Source: Octopus vulgaris (Eukaryota). From it: a stretch of 64,000 nucleotides of DNA. Of this stretch, positions 12,950 through 62,935 are shown piece after piece. The position numbers and the translations under genes were made by a program. The DNA lies in contig OX597818.1 of the NCBI GenBank assembly GCA_951406725.2, positions 42,346,001-42,410,000 on the forward strand, read 5' to 3'. Position 1 is the first letter of the stretch. Each line of letters starts with the position of its first letter. Below the pieces are notes generated by a model. The model made no database searches and was not told the origin of the DNA. It saw nothing but the letters and a program-made list of their open reading frames with translations.

Positions 12950-13336
12950 TTTTACTTGTTTCAGTCATTTGGCTGTAGCCATGCTAGAGCACCGCCTTTA
13001 GTCGAGCAAATCGACCCCAGGACTTATTCTTTGTAAACCTAGTGTTTATTCTATCAGGCTCTTTTGCTGAACCGCTAAGTTTCGGGGACGTAGACACACC
13101 AGCATCGGTTGTCAAGTGATGTTGGGGGGGACAAACGTAGACACACAAAAGTATACACATACATATATATATATATACATATATACGACAGGCTTCTTTC
13201 AGTTTCCGTCTACCAAATCCATTCACAAGGCTTTGGTCAACCCGAGGCTATAGTAGAAGACACTTGCCCAAGGTGCCACGCAGTGGGACTGAACCCAAAA
13301 CCATGTAGTTCATAAGCAAGCTACTTACCACACAGC
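12950..13336 (-). mobile_element. tRNA/CORE-like SINE copy
   Basis: Reverse complement of the 6258-6650 family. Confidence 0.8.
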
Positions 13337-13813
13337 CTGTGAATATTTCACAAAATTAATGGTAAACTTTTGTGGTTATTTCTGGAAACTTTATCCAAAA
13401 AACATGAATGCATAGCCTGTGTTGTGTCTGTGTCAAAAAATAGTCACTCATCTATTACTCATTGAAAAGTGAAGGAAATTAGAATGTGATGATTATTTAA
13501 TGCACTTTATATACTTTATGCACAATTTTATAGGCTTAATACACAGCACTCTCCCTGTTTTCTCTCTCAATCTTCACCTTGCCCTCTTTTTCTCTTTCCT
13601 TTTTCTTTGTCCCTCTTTTTCTCTTGCTCTTCATCTTTCCCTTCAGCAAATCATGTGAAAGCATTACAGAGGGGCTAAGTAATGGAGGAGAAAACTTAGA
13701 CCCCAAAAAAATAAAATTATGCATTTCACTCCTCTCCACCACCACCCACCCCCAACTAATCACAAGAAAGTGTTATGGTCAAGTTAAGTAACAGAGAAAC
13801 GAGCGGAATTATT

Positions 13814-13977
13814 AGATCTGTTCTGTTTGGCTCATAGATTTTTTAATTAATTTCTTTTTATAACTAAACAGTTTGAAACATCACATACTGGTAGAATTTC
13901 TCCCACTGAAGACGGTTTACCTTGAACCTTTTTGACAAAATTTCAAATTTTAGAAGTTAGCCAAACTGAACAGATCT
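13814..13977. mobile_element. Small MITE related to 37948-38516
   Basis: TIRs agatctgttc[t/a]gtttggct, 8-bp TSD gaattat(t/a), shared internal tttttataactaaaca..actggtagaat. Confidence 0.7.
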
Positions 13978-14559
13978 GAATTATAAGATTCTTGAGTGAG
14001 ACTGAGCTGAAACCCCCTTCGGTCACTTAGAAAGTTACCCTCCCAGGCACAAGTCCAGGCGAGGTTGTTTATGGAAGACCAGCAGTCGCCCATGCATACC
14101 AGTCTCGCCTCTCCATGCCACCAGTGTTATCCAAGGGAAAAGCGAACGCCAATACAGCTTGGCACCTGTGATGTCGCAACTCATTTCTACAGCTGAATGA
14201 ACTGGAGCAACATGAAATAAAATGTCTTGCTCAAGAACACAACATGCAGCCCGGTCCGGGATTCCAACTCACAACCTCATGATGGTAAGCTCAATGCTCT
14301 AACCACTGAGCTATGAAACAGATAATTAACAAACTTAGATGTTTTGAAACCTTTTCCGTGTTTGTTATAAAAGTATTTGCACAAATATTTACATTTGTAT
14401 ACTGTAAGCTTATCACCAGTTTGCATATATATGGTTATGTAAACAAGAGATAAATCACATCATTGATAAGACACTTAACCACAAATCACTTCCATGGTAC
14501 TATCCCTGCTTATAGCAATGAATTACACCATTTGCTACACACACTTGTAGCCACACATA

Positions 14560-15052
14560 CCTATTTCTTTACTACCCACAAGGGGCTAAACATATAGGGG
14601 ATCAAACAAGGACAGACAAAGGGATTATGTCGATTACATATATATTCGTATAAAGTTTATCCATTTCTACTCTAGGCACAAGGCCCGAAATTTTTGGGGA
14701 AGGGGCCAGTCGATTAGATCGACCCCTGTCCAAAATTGGTACTTAATTTATCGAACCCGAAAGGATGAAAGGCAAAGTCGACCTCAGCGGAATTTGAACC
14801 CAGAACATAAAGACGGACGGAATACCTATTTCTTTACTGCCCACAAGGGGCTACACGCAGAGGGGACAAATAAGGACAGACAAACTGATTAAGTCGATTA
14901 TATTGATCCCAGTGCGTGACTGGTACTTATTTAATTGACCCCGAAAGGATGAAAGGCAAAGCCGACCTCAGCGGAATTTGAACTCAGAACGTAGCAGCAG
15001 ATGAAATACAGCAAAGCATTTCACCCGGCGTGCTAACGTTTCTGCCAGCTTG
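14560..15052 (-). mobile_element. Tandem copies of a third SINE family
   Basis: atttctttactacccacaagggg..cgaccccgaaaggatgaaaggcaaagtcgacctc..atttgaactcagaac. Also at 15660-15895(+), 23085-23315(-) and 47140-47320(-). Confidence 0.75.
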
Positions 15053-16426
15053 CTGGTATGTAACCACACATACCATTGAAGAATCTTTATGTGGTTGTTC
15101 AACAAACTAAAATCAAGGATCTGTATCTCCCTTAACCCTTTAGCATTCAGTTTATTCTATCAAATGTAATGCTTGCTTATTCACATTCTTTTGTATCCTT
15201 CATTCATTATATCATAGCTTCAAGATTTCAATGATGTGGTTGTTTATTTCTCGAATGACATTGTAGGAGAGGTGTGAGAGGCCTGATCTGGCCATTCTGA
15301 ACATAAAACAAATAGAATATTTGGACTGGATATGACTGGTTTAAATGCCAAAGGATTAACTAACTCTCTGCCATCTTGAATATAAAGGGTGCATTAAACA
15401 GAATGGCTTAGAGAGGCAAAAAGATGGAATGGACTTTGATTTTATGTTTGCTTCATCAGGGTTGATTTAAGACAAGAAAACAGCTACTTAGAGTTAAGTC
15501 TCTTAACAGGGTAGATGGAGTGAGATGATGAGGTAGAGCTGTTTGGATGCTGGCAATTTGGTACAGCTGACTGGACACTGAAGCTGTTTTGGTAACAGTA
15601 CTTTTTGGCACCAGAAACACACACAGGTGTACAGAAATATATACATACAGGCAGCAAGAAGGCAGCGAGCTGGCAGAAACTTTAACCACGCCAGACGAAA
15701 TGCTTAGTGGTATTTCGTCTCCCGCTACGTTCTGAGTTCAAATTCCGCCGAGGTCGACTTTGCCTTTCATCCTTTCGGGGGTCGATTAAATAAGTACCAG
15801 TTACGCACTGAGGTCAATATAATCAACTTAATCCGTTTGTCTGTCCTTGTTTGTCCTCTCTGTGTTTAGCCCCTTGTGGGTAGTAAAGAAATAGGTAATT
15901 GACTTACCTCCTCCTTAAAATTGCTGGCCTAGTGCCAAAATTTGAAATCATTTCAATGAATAATATCTGTCTTTAAATTTTTCAGAATAGAAAGAAATAA
16001 ATTAAAATACTAATTAAACTCTTATTTCATGAATTTTATTATTAGCAAATTGCAGTTACATAAAATATGAATACAGTATATGATATAATTTCTTTAAAAC
16101 TTTTCTTCTTCAGATAAAAGAAAAACAATTAAAAAAAACACAAAATGCAACTGTACATTGATTGAAATCAAAAGATTGAAATTTTTCAAAAAAAAGAAAT
16201 TTTAACATTAAGACGTTTCTTAAAAAACGGATACTGATCGCTACCAGTGATTCGAAAAAAGTGAAACATGATCGATTGGAAAGACACAACAGCAACAGTT
16301 AGATTTAGAAGCAACATGGAGATATGTGCGTGAGTTTACATACATTCACATTTATATTTATTTACAAACAAGTGTGTGCGTGTGTGTGTATGCACACACA
16401 CAAATATACATATATACTTATATATG

Positions 16427-16456
<30 letters not shown>

Positions 16457-16465
<9 letters not shown>

Positions 16466-16589
16466 GAGGGCATTATTACACATAAATGCCGCACGCTAGG
16501 AGGGACTCTTAAAGTCAAAACTACCAAAATAAAATAAGAGTCCCTCCTAGCATGTGGCATTTATGTGTAATAATGCCCTCTATATAATA
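16457..16589. repeat. Near-perfect 54-bp inverted repeat beside (TA)n
   Basis: Arms 16457-16510 and 16536-16589 with a 25-nt spacer. Confidence 0.85.
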
Positions 16590-16694
16590 TAAATAAATAA
16601 ATTCAAGTGAAAAAAATTTACAGATTTTTTCTCTTATGAGGTTTTTCACGCTAACTACTTGATAATTTCTTATGAAGATTTTATCCTATTTTTG

Positions 16695-16728
<34 letters not shown>

Positions 16729-18782
16729 GTGCATGCACGTGCACATATATACATATGCATACACACATACATATAAGCATATATATACATATATATACAC
16801 ATACATATACAGAGACACGCATATGCATACACACACACACACACATATTCCCATGAACAAATGTGCATATGCATACTTTGCAATGGGCAAACATAAATTA
16901 CATTCATATCTGTGCTATGTGCTATATGTACAATAATAGCCCAATATTCTTAGGATGTTTGAGTGTTAACGAATAAAAATAAACTGTAGTTAGAAATAAC
17001 AACTGAAAGAAAATGTGTAAAGAAGGAGCACGTATGCAACCACACACACACACACACACACTCACTCCTTCTCTCACTTATGCAGCAGTTTATTTAGGAA
17101 CATTCCATTCAGAATCATTTCAATAAAACTGAGATTTCACTTATTTTGATAGCTTTTTTTTAAGTAATGAAATAAAATATTGCGTATTTCCAAATGATAT
17201 TGCTCTGAAATTTTGTTTAGCAACTCTGAAGCTGTACAGTTTAATTGTTAACCAATCAGCAGAATTTACTGAAGGGATTTTGTCATGGCATTTAACACAA
17301 TCTAATGGATATTTCCACTACAAGATCCTGCCTTTGTTATTGTGTGATGGCTTGAGTTTCTCAGTGGCCCACAAAGCTATGCTAGCGGAGCACAAACTCC
17401 TGGCAGGGTCTCTTATGCTGGACAGGTAAAAAAACAGAGACTACACTAATATGGACCACCTCTTCCCAGGAGGTAAAAATGGGCTTGCATAGGGTCAACA
17501 CCCCTACCTCAAAAAAAAAAAAGCAAAGTTACAGAAGCATTAATGGCAATTCAAAACCAATAAGTCCTGGAAGAGAAAAGCCTTCCCTCAGGGAACAATG
17601 AAGAAAAGCTACCACTGACCTATGAGCCAAAGGGAGTAAAGAGCTTAAGTAAATGATGGATATTTGGTAGCATTAAAGAGGAAGTGCTGATGTACTCATG
17701 TAAAATTGTTTTATACTATCAGACCAGAGTAAAAGAAATCACGCAAATCGTGAATCAAAACCCCCAATCACCTACAAATAACATACACTGCACAGTTAGG
17801 CAAGATGGAGCTGGGTGCTATAAGAAAGAAATTTAATTATACAAAATATGCACTACTTTGCTAAGCAGTTGGGAGTTTTATTTAAATAGGAAGGAAGGAT
17901 CCTATTCATGTTATAAGATTTGCAGACACCACCAGGAACCTGAAGGAGATCTAAACAGCCAAAGCTTAGCTTTTCTTGCATGTGCGAAGGGGAAGAAAAT
18001 AATCTGTTATTGGATTTAACTTATTACAAGAATTCTCAACACTGGAACTTTTCCCTAACAGACACTGTATCGATATTGGCCAATACAGTCAATATTTATG
18101 GGAATATAAATCCAGTGTTAACTGAAGTAAATTCCATTTTGAGAAAAAAATAATGGAGAATAAATACTTATTTAAGGAAAATGAGAATTTGTTTTAAATA
18201 TGATTAGCACCTGGAAATTGAAAACATATAAACATATACTAAAAGATAGAAGATATTTTTGAATAGAAAATAATTTTCTTTCCACAAAATCCAGTTAAAT
18301 GCTTTTGTAATATTTGATATTATTACTTGAAGCCGGCTCAATAACAAATACAGTATTTTAAATCTGGTTTAACATGTGACATGTTTGATGGAAGTGTACA
18401 AAAGAATCTAAAGTCATGATAACAAACGATGACTTTTATTAGATAAAAAAACATGTACCAAATTCTAAGATTATCTTCAGTCTCTTTATATTTATATATA
18501 TATATATATATACCACAGTTTATACCTTCAATAACATACATCAGCTCCAAAATATATCAAGTCCAAAATAGATAACTTTATGTAAGGTCTAAAAAAAACA
18601 GGATATACATCTTTTCAAACTCCCTAATAAGGGAAAGCCCAAAGCTGTTTATAAGACATTGAAAGAAACTTAATTAGCCATAGACAGTAGATTTCAAATA
18701 CCAAAGATGTGGGAATCTTTGTTGCAATAACAAAGTTACCAGTATTAGTTAAATATTTGCTGGTATGGAACTGAAACAGAAT

Positions 18783-56169
<37,387 letters not shown>

Positions 56170-56901
56170 ATGTAAACTAAAACACCAAAAACAATAAAGA
56201 AAATAATATTAGAAATATACATCAGAATACATAACAATGAATGACTTCTATTATTTTGAGGGTTAGAAAAATAATGTGATGGAATCATATTGCATCAGTC
56301 TACAATGATTGACAAGCACCAGGGCTACATCATGGAAAGACTGGTCTACAACAGGAAGAGTACCAGCTACAGAAATATTCATTCAAATACTGGATCTATT
56401 ACAGAATACCTGAATATTCATTAATGAATGCCTTAGGGTTGTACTCTTTCGCTTTCTCACACGGTTTTGGATGTAAATGATAATCATAAATATATGTAGA
56501 ACATTAAAGCCACAGAATTTCAAATTCTATAGAAACATCCTTTTTGAATTTCGTATCATTTCTCTAAGAATGTTTTCTCAATATTTTTTATTCAAATGAT
56601 TACCTGGTAAATGTATTTCGTTTACATCTTTTTTTAGTATTTTTGTTAGTATTTCTAATTACATTTTTATTGTTAAACAAATTGGAAAAGCATTTCAATT
56701 TTTAATAAAATGAAACAACAGAACACTAATACTTTCACAATATTAAATAAACATTACTTCCATTATTTGGCTTGGATACTTGCAACAGTATTCATACGTT
56801 TTATAAATGTTCAAATTTATATTATTATTGTACCTTACAACCATAAACATACTTTCCTTTTACAGACATAATGTTATCATATATATGTGTGTATGTATGT
56901 G

Positions 56902-56941
<40 letters not shown>

Positions 56942-58242
56942 AGTGTTTTCTTTTTTTTTAAGACGGTAGAGTGAGGCTTGGGGGAGATATCTTTATTTTT
57001 TCCTAGCAGGTATTGCGACCAGGTAGAGGTTCTCTCATTGGGAAATGTTGGATTTGGTTTCTTAATCGAAAGCACTTTCGTTAACTTAACTTAAGCAGTC
57101 TTTCATAAAATGAAAAATAACGGGATAGTCATAACTGGAACATGGAACAGGCTAATCTGGGCTCCAACATTGTTGGATTTTCTTAAGATCATACGAAAGA
57201 TATTCTCCTCAGAAACTAGGGTTAACATACATAGACGTCGAAATCGTAACAACTTTGAGGTTCAGTCGTTGGCTCTTATATATTGTTTTTAGTCAATATT
57301 TATTAATGCCGGTAGTGTGTCTTCCGCTAAAAAAAGGGAGTGTCTTCAAATTTCAGGATTTAAAGAACGTAACTTTACTCGAAAGGAAACCCATGTTATT
57401 CAGTAATGCCAAGGAAAAATTGTATTGATTGGGAGATGACAGATAAGTTGGTATTTGTAAGGAACCATATCTATATTGCATAAACCGACATATAAAACAA
57501 TAAGGTTTAAAATGTTTGTCAATACACAGAGAAACTCAATGTAACATATTACAAATTAAAAGAGAATAAGCACGAGTAAGATAAACTTTGATATAAGGCT
57601 AATTTCTCTTTGTATAAATATATGCAGATAGATAATGAATATATTCAATGAACTCTCTTAGATTTTATTAAATATAATTGCTTTGTTTGTGTGACTAGAG
57701 ACAAATTAAATGACGAGATACCGATAGTCTAGAAAAAAAGGTTTAGGTTAAAGTATATACATTCTCTGAGAAATCGAAACCCATTAACATCCTCAGGTGC
57801 ATTTGAAGAGGAAAAACCATATTTTAAAGCTATTACATCGAAGTAATACGACCAGCTATTTCTTTATCATGGGATGGGCATAAATTAATTAACCAATATG
57901 TAAAAAAATGATATATTCTCTGTGATAGCTTCGTTTAACGAAAGATTCTATTGTGTATCTTTCAAAAGCTCACACTAAGATTGTTTTTAACATAATACCT
58001 TGTGACAACGAAACCACTGATGAATACCTCCAAACTTTGGTAAACATTAATTTACCGACTAATTTACTCCCAAATAGCTATCGATAATACAAAATTATTA
58101 GTGATGCTTTTAAATTATAATTATAAAAAAGCATTAATTTTTTTATACAATAAAAAATAATAATTTACTAAATTTTTTTTTCATAAAAATTAAAATTTTG
58201 ATAATGCAATCTTGAATTTACTGCGGGTTTTCGACCCACACG

Positions 58243-58254
58243 TCCTCTTCCGGT
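58243..58254 (+). promoter_or_regulatory. Polypyrimidine TCT/5'TOP initiator of RPS24, overlapping an ETS-type CTTCCGG motif
   Basis: tcctcttccggt lies about 30 nt upstream of the RPS24 ATG, as is typical of ribosomal protein genes. Confidence 0.65.
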
Positions 58255-58275
58255 ATCTGTACTGATCCATTCACC

Positions 58276-59474
58276 ATGGTAAGTTAGATTGTCTCTTTAA
58301 ATCGTTTACAATCGTCGTTTTTTAAAATATTTTTATAGGCCCATTTATGTTTGCTTTAATTGCTTAAGACTTTAACTAATTTAAAATTGAGATTTTCCGT
58401 TAAAATAATGGTAATTAGCTATATTTTTTAGCTTTATTTCTCATGTTGATGGCACTTGTCGCCATTTTAGTGATGTGCATGTGTTGTATATATTTAATAT
58501 TCTGGTTCATATTTGTACTCACTTTTTAGCAAAGGCGACGGAATTCATTTTATTTATGAGCTTGTAGAGGTGCATTTCATATATCGTTGGTAGTGAAAAC
58601 AGCAGTATTAAATCCAGTATACCTATAAAATTGTATCAGTAAAATTTTCTTTAACCAAGGAACGAAGTAAAAATAATTTCATTTCAAGAACACGTGGAAT
58701 GTAACTTTGAATATTAGCAAATTAACACTAATCTAATATGATTTTATACATGTTACAGCATGGGTTGCTATACAATATATAAATTGAAACAAAAATTATC
58801 ATAAGATTGGAAGTAGTTCCAAGTTTTAATTCGGTATAATTGTTTACTCCTACATTTGCTTTGAAGTAAATGTTTAAATTACACAGCTTTCTTAGTGAAA
58901 TATCTTTTGAAATAGTTCTCGGTTCCTGCCGACTTTTCAACTTGTTACATTTTATAACTTGCTTGTTTATGAACGGTATTTAAATAGAAGCACTACGCCT
59001 TTATTCATGAACTTTCAAATGCTTCTGAAGCGAAAACGTCATGTCCATTCCTTCGAGTTCGGTATAAAATTTCTGAGTTTGTGAATATTACTTGCAAAAG
59101 CAGGCTCATTAAAAAAAAAAAAAAACTGGCATTCCTTCGATATAACTCGACAAAATCAAAACATTTCACTTGGATATTTCCGTGAGTTGTGGAGTATAGA
59201 TATAACGAAATTATACCAGCAATGTCGTTCTTACCTGTTTTATGTGTGCAGAATCGAACTGTCGTTTGCTTCCTCGGAAAGACCCGAAGTGAAATGTTTC
59301 GATTTTGTCGAGTTATATCGAAAGAATGCCCAAAAAAAAAAAAACTTAGCACTTATTTTCAAACATCCATCTGGTGAATTTATTATTGTGATTTTTTTAT
59401 TTCAGGCTGAAAGCGCAGCTACTATACGTACCAGGAAATTCCTAACGAACCGTCTATTATGCAGAAAGCAGATG
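58276..59474 (+). CDS. RPS24: 40S ribosomal protein S24 (eS24), exons 1-2; remaining exons lie beyond the window
   Basis: ATG-only coding exon 1 (58276-58278, accATG|gtaagt). Exon 2 at 59406-59474 (ttcag|...|gtgagt) encodes AESAATIRTRKFLTNRLLCRKQM, matching the eS24 N-terminus TIRTRKFMTNRLLQRKQM. Confidence 0.93.
59128..59330. mobile_element. MITE in RPS24 intron 1
   Basis: TIRs of about 45 bp: ggcattccttcgatataactcgacaaaatc.. and ..gattttgtcgagttatatcgaaagaatgcc, within A tracts. Confidence 0.7.
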
Positions 59475-61665
59475 GTGAGTAAATCATTTAAGATTACAGA
59501 CCAACTAAACTTCTGAAATTGACCGATGAAAAATATTTCATTGTTTACAAGAAAGGAAATGTTGACAGTGTTGAGTCTTATTGCCAAGTTCAACATGGTT
59601 CTTTGACATAGACTTTCAGTACTGATGTAGCAGCTATGGTGATCTTTAATGTCAGGATTTAAACTATAGCCCTACACCATGGTCTTTTAACTTAATATAT
59701 TTTCCCGAGACATCGAATGGGCATCGGAAATTTCTGGCTTTAGCCGCAATTAATGAGAATTGTTTCTTTTCATTTGTTCAGGTACGACTGACGTATGATT
59801 ATTGAAACTATTGAAGTTTTACCCGTGGAGTATGGATTGATTTCGAAACCACACTGCTTCGAATTTGGTTGCTATTTTATTCGTTTTTAGTGCATTGTTA
59901 TAAAGGGCGAGGTTTTGCCTTCCACCTCTCAGCGTTTGTGTGTAAATTTTCTGGTCCATGCAATTAGTTGTGTATAGTGGTTGAATATCCTCGTTGAAAC
60001 AGGAATATATAATAGTGAGAAAACCTACATACAGGTTAAAGGTAATTGATTAAACAGAAATAGAAGAGCTAAAAGGCAATTCAGGATAGATGATAAAAGC
60101 TGTTGAATAACGGTGCTTACTTTTAATATTCGACTTGTAGAAAAAGGCCGGGATTTTTTTTTTTTTCTCATTTGACTACCTTTGATGAAGTACCATCTTT
60201 GCTTTGTATGTGTAATTTTTGTGATAGTTATGCGTAATATAGCCTCCTTTATTTGAGAGAATTTCACACTTTTTTTTATTTGTAAACTGAGAAGTTAGTA
60301 TTCGCTTTCGAACCTGATGTTCCTAAAGTTTAAGCAATATCAGTGGGTATATATATATATACTTTGAAATCAAGTGTGTAAAGTAAAATGATGATTTACG
60401 TCATGTTTTAAATATCTCCCTACCAAGTAAATAAGCTAAGCTCATCTAATTCATTCTATCGACATTCCCCATACTGTTGAGCTTTCCAAAAGGTGTATCA
60501 TTTTCATTCACACGTTTGGTGGGTAGAAAGTTTATTTGCATCTTGTTTTTCATGCAGTCGATACTTAATTATCTTAACTGAGGTTTTTTTTTATTTATTT
60601 TTTTATCCCCCCCCCTCCAAAAAAAAACATCCTTGGGATCACAGTTGCTAAGTCCATTGCTTCTGACTAAACTGAAAAACTGGTCAAAAGATAAATGGTG
60701 TTGGTTAAGGCATGGAAGTGATACTATCCAATTCACATTGTATCCTAGGCCAATCATCTGGTGGAGTTGGGAATGTTGTAATCCACCTTCATCAATATTC
60801 AGTTTTTTCATGATTAGTTGTAGGATCCAGGATTCAGATTACTATTAAACGTAATGCTTATTTACATTGTTTTGAATTAATCGTGCATTATCATATAAAC
60901 TCTCAGATTTCTGTGGTGTGACCTGCCTCAACTAGATAGGAGTATGTTAATACTAAAGGGTTAAATGGTTCGGGGTGGGGCTTTGTTTTAAATAGGCATT
61001 ATAATGTTTGCTCTTTATGTACTACTGATGTACAGGTCGATATAAGATTCATCTACACTCCGGTAATTTATTGTATGGAAAATTTGGTTTGGGGCGAGGT
61101 GGTGAACATAGATATCTTTTGAAGACATCAATATTTTAATTGCTTTGTTCATATAACTTTATGCGGATATATCCACTTATAGGTATGAAGTTTTTTTGTT
61201 TTTTCCAGACAGTAGGATTTGCTTGATTTTATTTTATTATATCAGTTCTTGTTTTGAAGGCTCTGTAATCACATATTTACAAAATCATAAACGTAAGTAT
61301 TGTGTACGAGCGAGTGGGGACTTTACATTTCTTCTTAGCTATTTCCAGTTAGGTTTAGTTTTGGGTGCAGACCAATTGTGTGGCATTTCTGGTTGTCTTC
61401 TGCTATAGATCTGTGAGTAGATTTGGTAAGTAACATTTGAAAGAAGCTGTCGTGTTATGAGAGTTGTAAATGAGGCTTGCCACCACACATGCTGTAGCCT
61501 TTGTTTTCATTCTTTTGTGAAAATATGCCAACAATGAAGAAATATTACTTTGCTTGGAAACAGGTGAGGGTTGGTGACAGGGAATGCATCTCACCATAGA
61601 CAGTCTACCTGTGCAAGTATGAAATAGTGGGCATTAAATGATGATAAAGAATATAATAATATAAA

Positions 61666-61802
61666 TGCTATTTCGCCCCACATAGTCCTTTTTTTTAGGA
61701 TATTATGTGGACCTTGTTTTATAATAGCTACATTAATTACTTCATATAAATCGAGCTGCTATTGACAAATTCTTTAGTGGTTCCGAGAGTGTTGTGACAA
61801 TG
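61666..61802 (+). ncRNA. Box H/ACA snoRNA-like, copy A (RPS24 intron 2)
   Basis: Hairpin 1 (gctatt/aatagc, ccacata/tatgtgg), H box ACATTA at 61730, hairpin 2 (gctgcta/tagtggt), ACA at 61797 plus 3 nt. Length 137 nt; homologous to copies B and C. Confidence 0.65.
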
Positions 61803-62801
61803 TTTTTTATTTATTTACTTTTTCATCATTATCTCCTTCCTTTGTTGATTATTACAAGATACCTATCTTAAGTGTACTTTTCATACTTTTGTAAGTCAAC
61901 TTGAGAGAAGTCCATCTCTCTCTTGAAATAGGTATTTCATCTTTTTGCCATATACATACTATGCAATATTACCTGACTGAATGGAGCTCCACTAGTTCTA
62001 TGCTAACTTTTTCCTGGTAGTGCATGTTCTTCATCTCTAGACTATCATACAGGAGAGCAATACTAAAAGCATCCTTTTAGCCAAGTACTCCCACCCCCTA
62101 CACTTAACCACTACATTCTCAAATTAGTACACTTGGGCAAAGAACAATGCTTTGAACAAAATCTCCCACCTCCGTGAATCAGACCCAGCACTGCAACCCC
62201 TACAGGACCCTTAGCTGATGAAGGATTCTTCCATGCATTACATGGCCTGATAGCTCTCTTGCTGTTCATCCTTTAGCATTGAAACTGGCTATATCCAGCC
62301 AAAATATTCTATCTGTTCAAACCAGCCTCACACACCTACTTTGCAATGACATTCTCAAAGAATACAATCACATTGAAGGTATGAGGTAATGAATGATTGA
62401 GTCAAAATAATGTGAATGAATAAGCAATATATTTGACAATCCTTTTGATTGATCCCTTTGCCAGAGGAATTCCTGCAAGCTTGGAGAATAACTCTTGTGA
62501 TCATTGTTTCTGTATGCAGTTACTTGCATGGAAATGGCCTTTTTGCTGCCAACTTAATTGTCCAGCTGAAAAGAAGCTAAATTTCAAACAAATGCACTCC
62601 ACACTATCTGTATTCTGTATGTGTAAGTAAGCAAGCATCATTATAAATTTGTGTATGATCATTGCAGTAGTCATATATTGGAGAAATTCTTTTCCTTGGT
62701 TTACCTTTTTAAAACTAGCTGGTCTTGTTGAGAAAAATGAAGGTGCATGTTGCCTGTCTAGTTGTTTTGTTAAATGTGGATCCTTTTTTGATTCTGTAAA
62801 C

Positions 62802-62935
62802 TGCTATTTTTACTCCATTGTATGTCTTATGGCATATTGTGGCATTGATATATACAATAGCTACATAAAATTACTTCATCTAATCGAACTGCTTGGAATG
62901 TTCGTCCTTGTGGTTTCGCAACTGTTGTTACATAT
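62802..62935 (+). ncRNA. Box H/ACA snoRNA-like, copy B (RPS24 intron 2)
   Basis: Hairpin 1 (gctatt/aatagc, tatgtc/ggcata), H box ACATAA at 62863, hairpin 2, ACA at 62930 plus 3 nt. Length 134 nt. Confidence 0.65.

Noticed and set aside
61016-61121. RPS24 exon 3 candidate (cag|GTC GAT ATA..)
   Set aside because: Does not encode the expected V.DVLHPG sequence and hits a stop; the true exon 3 is not in the window.
62210-62260. CTGATGA motif suggesting another hammerhead (similar trace at about 9326)
   Set aside because: GAAA is missing and the stems are poor; at most a decayed remnant.
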